A stretch of 64,000 nt of DNA from the NCBI GenBank assembly GCA_965198235.1, contig OZ240248.1:2560001-2624000 (forward strand), written 5' to 3'. Source of the DNA: Candidatus Poribacteria bacterium. Its GTDB lineage: Bacteria > Poribacteria > WGA-4E > WGA-3G. Below, piece by piece: positions 38,145 through 47,108 of this stretch. Made by a program: the position numbers and the translations under genes. Position 1 is the first letter of the stretch. Each line of letters begins with the position of its first letter. The notes under the pieces are model-generated. The model saw only the letters and a program-made list of their open reading frames with translations. It had not been told where the DNA came from and made no database searches.

Positions 38145-38759
38145 ATGAAACCGAAAGCGATTTATTATTTCATCTTCGTTTTGCTTGCCGTTGGACTGAT
38201 GGCTTGCGGCGGCGACACTGATGATGAAACAGAAGCACCCGATAAGCAAACCCAGCCGACAACATCCTCCGAATCAACGCAACCCGATGTGGCTGCTGGA
38301 AGGGATGTTGACTTTGCCGCTGACGAGCAAGCGATCCGCGACCTTTATGCAGAATACGCTGTCGCCCACGGCGACAAAGATGTTGATGTGCTGGCAGAGG
38401 TTTGGCTCAGAAACGAGGGAAAGGACGTTTTCACTGCTTGGACGTTCTGGGCTGGCACCTTTGAAAAAAATGAAGGGTGGAAGGCAGTAACCAAGGCGTG
38501 GGAGGGGATCTTCCGACTGCGCGGTGGAAAGATGGTCGTTGACATCACCTACCTCACTATTGATAGCAAAGGCAGAGAAGCCGTTTTGCGTGGGGCATAT
38601 AATTGGGGGAATCAGAAGGGCGACTTGATTTCCGCACTCAAGAAGGATGGCAAGGGCTGGAAAATTCGCGCCATTGATTATACTGATGGACGGTTTGGGA
38701 AACAGGTTAAATACCTCCTCGAACCCGCCCATACCTTCGGAGAAATTCCCGAAGATTAG
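38145..38759 (+). CDS. Lipoprotein with NTF2/SnoaL-like domain
   Basis: Lipobox LMAC; DEQAIRDLY...LKKDGKGWKI pattern. Confidence 0.75.
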   Translation: MKPKAIYYFIFVLLAVGLMACGGDTDDETEAPDKQTQPTTSSESTQPDVAAGRDVDFAADEQAIRDLYAEYAVAHGDKDVDVLAEVWLRNEGKDVFTAWTFWAGTFEKNEGWKAVTKAWEGIFRLRGGKMVVDITYLTIDSKGREAVLRGAYNWGNQKGDLISALKKDGKGWKIRAIDYTDGRFGKQVKYLLEPAHTFGEIPED

Positions 38760-38761
38760 TC

Positions 38762-39118
38762 ATGGATAAAATTATCCTCAAAGGGATTCGATTTCATGGT
38801 CACCACGGCGTTCCGGAAGCGGAACGCCAAGTCGGTGGCCATTATGAAATTGACGCAACCCTGGGGTGTACGCTTGCCAACCCCGGCAGGACAAACGCAC
38901 TTGCCGATACGGTTGATTATGCTGAAGTCGTCACGCGCATCGTCGAGATCGGCACGCAGCAGTCCTTCCAGCTCATTGAGGCACTTGCTGAGAAGATCGC
39001 CGCAGTGATTTTAGAACAATTCGCAGTAGATGAGGTCCATCTCATCGTCAGGAAGCTGCATCCTCCCATAGATCAACCAATTGACTATTTTGCCGTTGAG
39101 ATTTTTCGTAATGCGTAA
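38762..39118 (+). CDS. folB: Dihydroneopterin aldolase
   Basis: FHGHHGV..ER, DTVDY, LIEALAE. Confidence 0.95.
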   Translation: MDKIILKGIRFHGHHGVPEAERQVGGHYEIDATLGCTLANPGRTNALADTVDYAEVVTRIVEIGTQQSFQLIEALAEKIAAVILEQFAVDEVHLIVRKLHPPIDQPIDYFAVEIFRNA

Positions 39119-40304
39119 ATTCTGTGCCATCATCTGTTTACTGTTGATAACAGCCACTGTCGCACACGCTGGTGGCGAGAAAAAAACGTTATTTCCAGAT
39201 TTGGCACCAGGGCTCCATCTCTACCGTTACGACTGGGATGTCGAGACGTGTGTCCTTTACGTCGCCGAGATATCCCGCCATGAGCCGTCACTACACTTTG
39301 AGGTAGCACTCGCAAATGCGCAAGTACTCGGCAAAGAAACCGTGCGTTCTATGGCGAATCGACGCACCCGGCGTGGTGACCGGCGCGTCCTCGTCGCAGT
39401 CAATGGAGGGTTCGGAGTTCTTGGTGATATGCGCGGCTACGGCGGCGTATTAGAGAACCTGCATGTCCAAGACGGTGAACTCATCACTCAACCTACAGAT
39501 ACCGAGGCCTGCTTTGGTGTAACTGAATCTGGCGAATTCCTGAGCACTCCCGTTGAAATGAAAGCAAGCGTGCAAATAGGCGCGCGCACACTACCCCTCG
39601 AATGCGTTAATCAACGGCGGCTTGATGGGTGTCAGGTAACGCTCTACACACCACGACTCGGCGAATCAACCCATACCAACCGGCGCCGAGGCAGTGAGGT
39701 GATAATCGGCGGACTCCCACTCCCTTTGACCCCGAATTATGCGCACCCCTACCTTGTAAAAAGTGTCTCACGCGATGGAAATAGCACGATCCCCAGAGAC
39801 GGGGCGGTTCTCTGGATTAGCACACGGTTGAAAGACCCAAGCGTTTCCGAGTTCAATACTGGCGCGAACGGCACACTCACCCTTACCCTCTCACCGCCGG
39901 AATGGAATCGAGTTCAACATGCTATTGGCGGGCGACTTCGACTCCTCACGGACGGTAAGATAAATAAGACGCTCGTGGAGATGCACCATGCCGAGAAGCG
40001 GCATACCCCCGGCAAGCGCGCATCAGTGCTGAATCTGAGCCATGAACCGCGCACTGCCCTTGGATACAATGCGGATACACTGTTTTTAATAGTTGTAGAC
40101 GGACGGCAACCGAAATATAGCACTGGATTAACCCTCTATGAACTCGCCAGTATTCTCATTGAACTCGGCGCAACAGAAGCGATCAATCTTGATGGCGGTT
40201 CCTCCAGTACCTTTGTCGTTAACGATGCGGTCATTAACAAGCCATCAGGGCAGCGAGAACGGGATGTCTTAAATGCCGTCTTTATCACAGCAGATGTCCC
40301 GTAA
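39111..40304 (+). CDS. Phosphodiester glycosidase (NAGPA-like) family protein
   Basis: AVNGGF, EPRTALG, VVDGRQ, AINLDGGSS; signal peptide. Confidence 0.9.
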   Translation: MRKFCAIICLLLITATVAHAGGEKKTLFPDLAPGLHLYRYDWDVETCVLYVAEISRHEPSLHFEVALANAQVLGKETVRSMANRRTRRGDRRVLVAVNGGFGVLGDMRGYGGVLENLHVQDGELITQPTDTEACFGVTESGEFLSTPVEMKASVQIGARTLPLECVNQRRLDGCQVTLYTPRLGESTHTNRRRGSEVIIGGLPLPLTPNYAHPYLVKSVSRDGNSTIPRDGAVLWISTRLKDPSVSEFNTGANGTLTLTLSPPEWNRVQHAIGGRLRLLTDGKINKTLVEMHHAEKRHTPGKRASVLNLSHEPRTALGYNADTLFLIVVDGRQPKYSTGLTLYELASILIELGATEAINLDGGSSSTFVVNDAVINKPSGQRERDVLNAVFITADVP

Positions 40305-40377
40305 AAACAATCTCCAGATTGAGGTTCTTCTGTAGGAGCGATCTCCAGGTCGCGATAAACAAGTTTGAGGGCTTATT

Positions 40378-41430
40378 TTGAAGGTTTATTCTGAAATAAT
40401 TTATAGGTTTCCGATACTTCTGTCTCTACTATTTTGTCCCATTTTAGTTGCCAATTCAGCGGATGCCCCAAAACTGCTAAAGGCGACACCGCTTTCACAA
40501 ACCGCAATTCAACTACAATTTGATGGACAATTACAAGCAGAGACCGCAGAAGACCTGACTAATTATCATATTACCCCAGATGTCCAATTGGAATACGCGC
40601 TGCTTGATTCACGACTGAATCGTGTCCTACTACTCACTTCACTATTAGAGGCAGAAAAAACCTATCATCTCACGCTTCCGAATTCGCAAACGGGAATAGT
40701 GATAACCCTTCCATCTGTAAATGAAATAACCTTTGGCGCAGGCGACTCCGTTACATTCTCCGGGGGCTTGCAAGATACGAGTCTGATTGTCAATAAAGAT
40801 CGCAAGGCGCGAAACAACAATGCCGGTGCCGAACCGACCCTCCTGTGTAATCCGACTGGGAGTGTTTTCTTCGTCGTTTTTGACCTGTATGATGCATTTG
40901 AAGACATGGGTATCCGAGAACCGACACAAGTCTTAAAAGCGACGATAAGTCTACATGTCCAGCAGTATGCTACTGATGCTGCTCAGACCGTCATCTTCCG
41001 CCGTGTTTTGCTTCCGTGGCGAGAGGGCAGGGGTGTCTCCGAACGGGCAGAAGATAACGAACTCACCTATAACAGCGCGTTGCATCGCAATCTCCCGTGG
41101 AATAAGCCTCCCGCGCAAGCGATGTTAGCAGGCATAGACGGCGATAGTGAAAGCGATTACAACGGTTCTGAGGATGTCGCCCATCGGATTGATGGCACGT
41201 GCGAGATTCAAGGGGCAGGAACGCGTTATACATTTAAAGGCGAACTCCTCACCGACGCCGTCCGCTTTTGGGTGGCGAATCCCGATTACAACTACGGGTA
41301 TCTCTTTGTCTTGCGTGATGGCAGTGTGCCTATCGTTTTTTCGTCAAAAGAGTCAGATGATGAAAACCTACGTCCGGTTTTAACGATCCGCTACCAGACA
41401 CAATCGGGAGCGGAAACTGCACCGCGATAG
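40378..41430 (+). CDS. Secreted protein with Ig-like N-terminus and DNRLRE-like domain
   Basis: Signal peptide, W.EG, VRFWVANPDYNYG, FSSKE...RPVLTIRY. Confidence 0.7.
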   Translation: MKVYSEIIYRFPILLSLLFCPILVANSADAPKLLKATPLSQTAIQLQFDGQLQAETAEDLTNYHITPDVQLEYALLDSRLNRVLLLTSLLEAEKTYHLTLPNSQTGIVITLPSVNEITFGAGDSVTFSGGLQDTSLIVNKDRKARNNNAGAEPTLLCNPTGSVFFVVFDLYDAFEDMGIREPTQVLKATISLHVQQYATDAAQTVIFRRVLLPWREGRGVSERAEDNELTYNSALHRNLPWNKPPAQAMLAGIDGDSESDYNGSEDVAHRIDGTCEIQGAGTRYTFKGELLTDAVRFWVANPDYNYGYLFVLRDGSVPIVFSSKESDDENLRPVLTIRYQTQSGAETAPR

Positions 41431-41520
41431 GTTCTCCCTCGGTTAACCAAATCAGCCTAAATGATTTGATTCGCATTGTAGACGTATGGTATAATTTGCT
41501 GAACTGGCAAAAGGAACAGA

Positions 41521-42426
41521 ATGGCGATCTTTGATACTGTTACCAAAACGCAAGCACAGACACACCCCATGGACTTCGTCAATTACTGCTTAAATTTCGA
41601 GCAAGACGATGTCACTTTTGTTGAACTGATCGTACCTGAACAACCCACAGTTGAAATGCACCAGGCAGATATGGTCATCAAAGTGGAACTCAACGGTAAA
41701 GAGGTACTGGTACATTTCGAGTTTCAAACCACCGACAGTTATGACCCTGAAATGTCACTGAGGATGGCAGGTTATATCATTCGGCTTATTGAGACCTATC
41801 GGTTGCCAGTGTATTCAAGTGTCATCTATCTTCGACCAGACGCAGGTCGGCGGGATCGTGGAGCTTACGAGCAAAATATAGCGGGCCATCAGATTTTCGT
41901 TGAGTATCAAGTGATCCGGCTGATTGAAATGGAGGGCGATCAGGTTCTTGATACAAAGCCGACGGGTTTACTCCCGTTTACACCGCTGATGAAACGACCC
42001 GCGGGTGTAGATGCTGAGCAATGGCTGCGCCGTTGTGTTCGGACAGCGGATAACGTTGAGGTCCCGAACAAGGCAGCCTATCTCGGAGCGTTGGCGATTT
42101 TGGGCAATTTAGTGTATGAATCGGAACTGATCTCAAATATTATTCAGGAGGAAACCATGCAGCAACCCAATATTATTGAATACTGGACAGAGAAAGCCAC
42201 AGCAGAAGCACATCAACAAGGACTTCAACAGGGGTTAAAAGAACGCGCACTTGAAGACATCCTTGAAGTACTAGAGCTCCGATTGCAGCCCGATGCAGCG
42301 CGTACCTTCAAGCCTGTATTAGAAGCAATTGATGACTCCCAACGTCTTAAGCAGTTGCATCGCGCCGCGCTCTTAGCAGAAAGCGCGGAGGACTTCCGAC
42401 AGGCTTTAGAGGCAAACGGAGAGTGA
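41521..42426 (+). CDS. Rpn-family (recombination-promoting nuclease / putative transposase) PD-(D/E)XK protein
   Basis: ADMVI...VHFEFQT, RMAGY, VIYL, LLPFTPLM, C-terminal QQGLQQG repeat. Confidence 0.85.
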   Translation: MAIFDTVTKTQAQTHPMDFVNYCLNFEQDDVTFVELIVPEQPTVEMHQADMVIKVELNGKEVLVHFEFQTTDSYDPEMSLRMAGYIIRLIETYRLPVYSSVIYLRPDAGRRDRGAYEQNIAGHQIFVEYQVIRLIEMEGDQVLDTKPTGLLPFTPLMKRPAGVDAEQWLRRCVRTADNVEVPNKAAYLGALAILGNLVYESELISNIIQEETMQQPNIIEYWTEKATAEAHQQGLQQGLKERALEDILEVLELRLQPDAARTFKPVLEAIDDSQRLKQLHRAALLAESAEDFRQALEANGE

Positions 42427-42567
42427 ACCTTGCTTCGGCTCAGTGGGATAGGTGCGGTTTCTAACTGCATCCTGCTCATTCCCCAGCCTCAGTAACTGCG
42501 ATTTTCATCCTCTGCCAGACAGTAGATCAAAGGTAAGCACTCAGAAACCGACAACAGAAAGACTTAT

Positions 42568-44940
42568 ATGAATCAACTTTTTAATTTATTGCTTCCGTGG
42601 CCATGGCGCGCCTTCAATCCTATTACTGACACTTTTGTTTACGGTATCTTTCTATCTTTTATCATCTGTTTGGTATTTCTCCTTGTGAAAACTATTCGCC
42701 GCGCCCGTTTAATTGGTAGTTTAACCAAGAAAGTAAGTGAGTACGGGAAATCTGTTAAACCGGATATTCTACATGAATTAAAAGAAGCATTTGATTGCAA
42801 CAGTGAACTTGCTGAAGTCTGGCAGGGGTTTGCGGACTCACTCATTACGCGCCAACGTGGTGAAAATCAAGAAAAAATAGTATACAAGACAGATGAAGCC
42901 TCGCTTTTCTTCAGCGAAGAACGCATATTAGAGCAATATCTAAACCTCCGACTGTGGAACAGTGTACCGGCTTTGTTAGTTGGGATCGGGATTCTTGGCA
43001 CCTTTGTCGGATTGGTTTGGGGATTGATTCCTTTTTCCGGAATTAACTTCGCTCAGACTATCGAGATTCAGGAAGCCATTAAGAAACTTTTACCAGGCGT
43101 GTCAACTGCGTTTGTGACCTCCGTTTGGGGAATGCTAGCTTCGATCGTGTTCAACTTTGTAGAGAAGCTAGGTATTGGCAGCGTCAGTAAAACAATTGCA
43201 ACCCTACAACGCGCACTTGATAAGTTATTCACACTGACAACACAAGAGGAAATCTCGTTTAGACAGGAAGAGGAACTTGCACAACAAACCCAGGCACTTA
43301 AATCATTCTCAACAGACTTAGCAGACAAAATTAAAATTGCGATGGACAATATTATGTCCGAATCACGCGATCAGAGAGCACAGGATAGTCAAGAAATTGT
43401 TCAGGAACTGCACAAGGTACCTGATGCCATCAGTGGTGCGCTGGCGGAAAGATTAGCTCCGAATCTCAATAATCTGAATACGATTGTTAAAAACATTCAA
43501 GATATGACAGCACAGAGCAGACAAGAGGTTGTTCAAGAACTACACAAAGTTCCTGATGCTATCAGCAGTGCAATGGGAAAAAAGTTGATTCCCAATCTCA
43601 ACAATCTGAATACTGTAGTCGAAGAATTGCAGAATCAATCCGAAAAATTAGATATTTTGGGTCAAAGTTTGATGGAGTCGCGCGCCCAAAGCGCGCAGAA
43701 TAGCCAAGAGATTGTTCAAGAACTCCGCAATGCTCCCGATGCCATCAGTAATGCGATGGAACCCAGCTTTAATCGCTTGAACACGGCGGTTGAAAACCTC
43801 GATACTACTGTAACGCAATCGAAAAGCGATATTCAAAATGAAATGGTGCAGGGAAGAGAAGTGATGCTTCGCCAACTTCACGATGCTGGCTATGCCCTCA
43901 GCAATGTGATAACAGAAGAGTTGATTCCACGTCTCAATAATCTGATCACAATTATTAGTGATATTCAAAGTGTGGCAGAACAAGGTAGACAAGAAGTTGC
44001 TCAGGAACTTCATAAGTTGGGTTTGTCAATGACAGAAATAGAAACTCTCGCGGGAACAGTTGATAAGGTGAGCGAAAACTTCATCAACGTACCTGAGCAT
44101 GTGGCACAGATCTCTGACAATGTCCAGGAACTGGTGAAATCGGCGGTCAATCAGACTGATGAGCAGTTCAACCAGAGGTTAGCTGATATGGATGCCTTTT
44201 TTCTCCGAGCTGCCCAAACGCTTCAAGATGTTCAGCAAAGTGCCGGTACGCTTTTACAGTTACAGAACGAGCAAATCGAAGCTATTAATAACCAACTTTC
44301 TAACTCACAGGCAACACTCGCAAGCGGACGGGACATGTTGCAGGAGATGAACAAAAGCATAACAAGCATCCGCCAAATTATTGAGAGAATGCAAATTGTA
44401 TCAGGGCGGTTAACAGTAGGAGCAGAAAAAATTGAGAGTGCAGGACAGCAGCTGAACCGAGCAGGAGTAATGTTTAGTGAAGGGAACCAAAATTCTCTCG
44501 CGGTGATTCGTGAAACGGCACATCAGATTCAAAACGCGCTTGCCCAATCACGACCATTACTTGATAACTTCACGGAAGGGTTCCAAATGATCTCTAACAG
44601 ATTGAACCGGAACTTTCAAAGTTTCCAAACAATTGATGAGGGATTGAATGGAATCTTTGCGGAAATTGAGAGAGGTTTGAATACTTATGCCGATACCACT
44701 CGCGAATCTATCAACGAGTATCTTAGGGACTTCTCTGAACAATTAACTCAGGCATCAACAGCACTTGCTAGGAATGTTGAAACTCTGAGAGAAAGTGTTG
44801 AGGGATTAACCGAGATGAATGAGAATCAGTTGACGAGTGCAGCAAAAACCCTCGCTGACAGTGTTGAAGTTCTCAAGGAAAGCGTAGGGCAACTGAACGA
44901 AATAAACAAGCATCCGGCACATACGGTAGGGAACAGATAA
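42568..44940 (+). CDS. zorA: Zorya ZorA (MotA-like TM domain plus long helical tail)
   Basis: PALLVGIGILGTFVGL, GVSTAFVTSVWG, a ~550-aa coiled tail; first gene of a four-gene operon. Confidence 0.9.
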   Translation: MNQLFNLLLPWPWRAFNPITDTFVYGIFLSFIICLVFLLVKTIRRARLIGSLTKKVSEYGKSVKPDILHELKEAFDCNSELAEVWQGFADSLITRQRGENQEKIVYKTDEASLFFSEERILEQYLNLRLWNSVPALLVGIGILGTFVGLVWGLIPFSGINFAQTIEIQEAIKKLLPGVSTAFVTSVWGMLASIVFNFVEKLGIGSVSKTIATLQRALDKLFTLTTQEEISFRQEEELAQQTQALKSFSTDLADKIKIAMDNIMSESRDQRAQDSQEIVQELHKVPDAISGALAERLAPNLNNLNTIVKNIQDMTAQSRQEVVQELHKVPDAISSAMGKKLIPNLNNLNTVVEELQNQSEKLDILGQSLMESRAQSAQNSQEIVQELRNAPDAISNAMEPSFNRLNTAVENLDTTVTQSKSDIQNEMVQGREVMLRQLHDAGYALSNVITEELIPRLNNLITIISDIQSVAEQGRQEVAQELHKLGLSMTEIETLAGTVDKVSENFINVPEHVAQISDNVQELVKSAVNQTDEQFNQRLADMDAFFLRAAQTLQDVQQSAGTLLQLQNEQIEAINNQLSNSQATLASGRDMLQEMNKSITSIRQIIERMQIVSGRLTVGAEKIESAGQQLNRAGVMFSEGNQNSLAVIRETAHQIQNALAQSRPLLDNFTEGFQMISNRLNRNFQSFQTIDEGLNGIFAEIERGLNTYADTTRESINEYLRDFSEQLTQASTALARNVETLRESVEGLTEMNENQLTSAAKTLADSVEVLKESVGQLNEINKHPAHTVGNR

Positions 44941-45725
44941 TGCAAAGGCTACATCGAAAATCCAAAACGCTTGCCGATGAAAATCCGTTCAGTCTCTCGT
45001 TGGGTGACTTGATGGCGGGGTTACTGCTGATCTTTGTACTCCTGTTTTCTTTCGTTATGTTGCGCCTTGAAAACTTGATGGAGGACAGGCGGAACGACTT
45101 AGAGCAACTTGACGAAAGAGAGCAAATTAAGAGGCTCCTTATCAGCCGCCTCCTTAAAGAACTCGCAGACTTTGATGTTGAAGTTGACCCTGACACCGGA
45201 GTAATCCGCATCAAGGAGGGTATCCTGTTTGATTCTGATAAAGACGAACTCAAGCAGGACGGCAAGGAATTCCTGCGTCTGTTTATTCCGAAATACGTAG
45301 GGGTTTTACTCACTAACCCTGATGTAAGTGAACATATTGCGCAAGTGATTGTTGAAGGACACACGGATAACGTCGGCAGTTGGGATCACAATCTCGACCT
45401 GAGTCTACGTCGGGCAAATAGTGTCGCTGTGTATCTATTTACGGAAGAGTTTGGCACATTCCGTTATGCCGAGAATTTGAAAAAATTACTTTCCGCGAAC
45501 GGACGGAGTTTTGCTCAACCGATTCTGCCTGATGGCGTTGAGCCGGAGTGGAAACATAACAGTGCACAAACTCTTAGAGTGTGGATAGAAAAATATAATG
45601 ATACTGGAGAAGAGCGTGCGCAAAACCGTCGCGTTGAATTTCAATTTCGGTTAAGGGATTGGGACCTGGTCTCGCCTAAAGTAGAAAAATTATTCGAGGT
45701 AGAAACTGGGTTGTCTATTCGCTAA
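44940..45725 (+). CDS. zorB: Zorya ZorB (MotB/OmpA-like)
   Basis: SLGDLMAGLLLIF TM with the conserved Asp; EGHTD, NLDLSLRRA, NRRVEF. Confidence 0.92.
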   Translation: MQRLHRKSKTLADENPFSLSLGDLMAGLLLIFVLLFSFVMLRLENLMEDRRNDLEQLDEREQIKRLLISRLLKELADFDVEVDPDTGVIRIKEGILFDSDKDELKQDGKEFLRLFIPKYVGVLLTNPDVSEHIAQVIVEGHTDNVGSWDHNLDLSLRRANSVAVYLFTEEFGTFRYAENLKKLLSANGRSFAQPILPDGVEPEWKHNSAQTLRVWIEKYNDTGEERAQNRRVEFQFRLRDWDLVSPKVEKLFEVETGLSIR

Positions 45726-45737
45726 AAAGGAGTCAAT

Positions 45738-47108
45738 ATGGAATCCGCCAAAAAGTTACTTGGATTTGACTTTGATGCCTCCGCGTTCGCTCATCGTGCA
45801 CTACAGCCAATGAAAATCAGGCAAGACATAAGGGATATTCTAAAAAAAATTGTAGATGAGTACGATGATAAAAGCGATTTACCAGATCAGGAAAGTTTTC
45901 GCCAGATTTACTTCCGTTTCATTGACAGTCCTCCCGGGAAACTCCCCACAGAATTTGATACATCATCACGGATCCGAAAACTCAGTCGAGTGTTGACCTA
46001 TTCTGAATCTGAACTCCCTAGGATTATAGATACACAGCTACTCAAGAATGCTCTTCAGTTAATTGAGCACCGTTTTAGCCTCATAGCCCTGCTTAGTGTT
46101 TTCGATGCGTTGTTGCAAGCCTGGGACTCATCGAATGCACGGATGCTACAAGCGTTCATCAAAAAGCATCTGATCGATTACGACGGACCCCGGAAATCGG
46201 TTCTGAGGCTGAAAGCAAATATGGAATTGTATTGTAAGCAGAACGGTCCGACGCACCTCGCGATAAAGTTGTTGCGTTCGCAAGTAAAACTGTCGGATGT
46301 TTGGTCCTATCTTGAATTGCCAGACTGTACACATAGTTATTGTTATTTTGGTGCTGTCGCGGAAGCATTTGTGACAAATAACATACATTTCAAACAAGCA
46401 GATATGATAGAAGTGGTGAAAGATATTGTCAGCTTCTTCATAAAACATAACAGCGAAAAGACAAGTCGTGCTGTTTTGCCGAAACTCATCAGGCAACTTG
46501 GGCGTACTGCCCCTGAGAATTTGCGGCAACCTATTCAGGACTATGTGCTCCAAGAGTGGCAAGACCCCAGAATTGCTGGTGCCAATATGCGTTGGTATGG
46601 TATACCTGATGAAACGTGGCGGATTTTTATGCAATGGATTATGAAAGAGGACTTGTGCTTCTTCTACGATGTGGTCCTTAAAAGAAGTGAAAAAAGAGAT
46701 TTTTGGTTGCGATATTTCGGAAAGATTTCTTCCTGCCGTGTTGTGTTAGGTGGAAATGCTGAAAGGCTGTTTGGAAACGCCTCATATTACCAAAAACAGA
46801 AAGGGAGCATGGCGAAACTAAAAGACAGTGATCGTAATCAGCACGCTTTTATTATTAAGATGGGCAACCAGACTTTTATTGAGCGTAGTACGGCCGATGT
46901 TTGTTATGTTTATAACAACGCTGACTTTCCTCTTGATTTGAGTGAATCGGAGTATTATATCCAAGAATTAGCCGATAAGTCGCGAGCTAAAGATTGCGTG
47001 ATTTATAAAAAATCAGCGAATATTAATTGGCGAGTAAAACTGGATTCCTTGATAGCAGGTGAAGCTGGAATTGACTTGTTGCCAGAAAGCCAGTTAGGAA
47101 GGTGGTAA
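45738..47108 (+). CDS. zorC: Zorya ZorC (EH-signature protein)
   Basis: WQDPRI...W, RDFWLRY, FIIKMG..FIE..CYVY; located between zorB and the helicase. Confidence 0.82.
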   Translation: MESAKKLLGFDFDASAFAHRALQPMKIRQDIRDILKKIVDEYDDKSDLPDQESFRQIYFRFIDSPPGKLPTEFDTSSRIRKLSRVLTYSESELPRIIDTQLLKNALQLIEHRFSLIALLSVFDALLQAWDSSNARMLQAFIKKHLIDYDGPRKSVLRLKANMELYCKQNGPTHLAIKLLRSQVKLSDVWSYLELPDCTHSYCYFGAVAEAFVTNNIHFKQADMIEVVKDIVSFFIKHNSEKTSRAVLPKLIRQLGRTAPENLRQPIQDYVLQEWQDPRIAGANMRWYGIPDETWRIFMQWIMKEDLCFFYDVVLKRSEKRDFWLRYFGKISSCRVVLGGNAERLFGNASYYQKQKGSMAKLKDSDRNQHAFIIKMGNQTFIERSTADVCYVYNNADFPLDLSESEYYIQELADKSRAKDCVIYKKSANINWRVKLDSLIAGEAGIDLLPESQLGRW

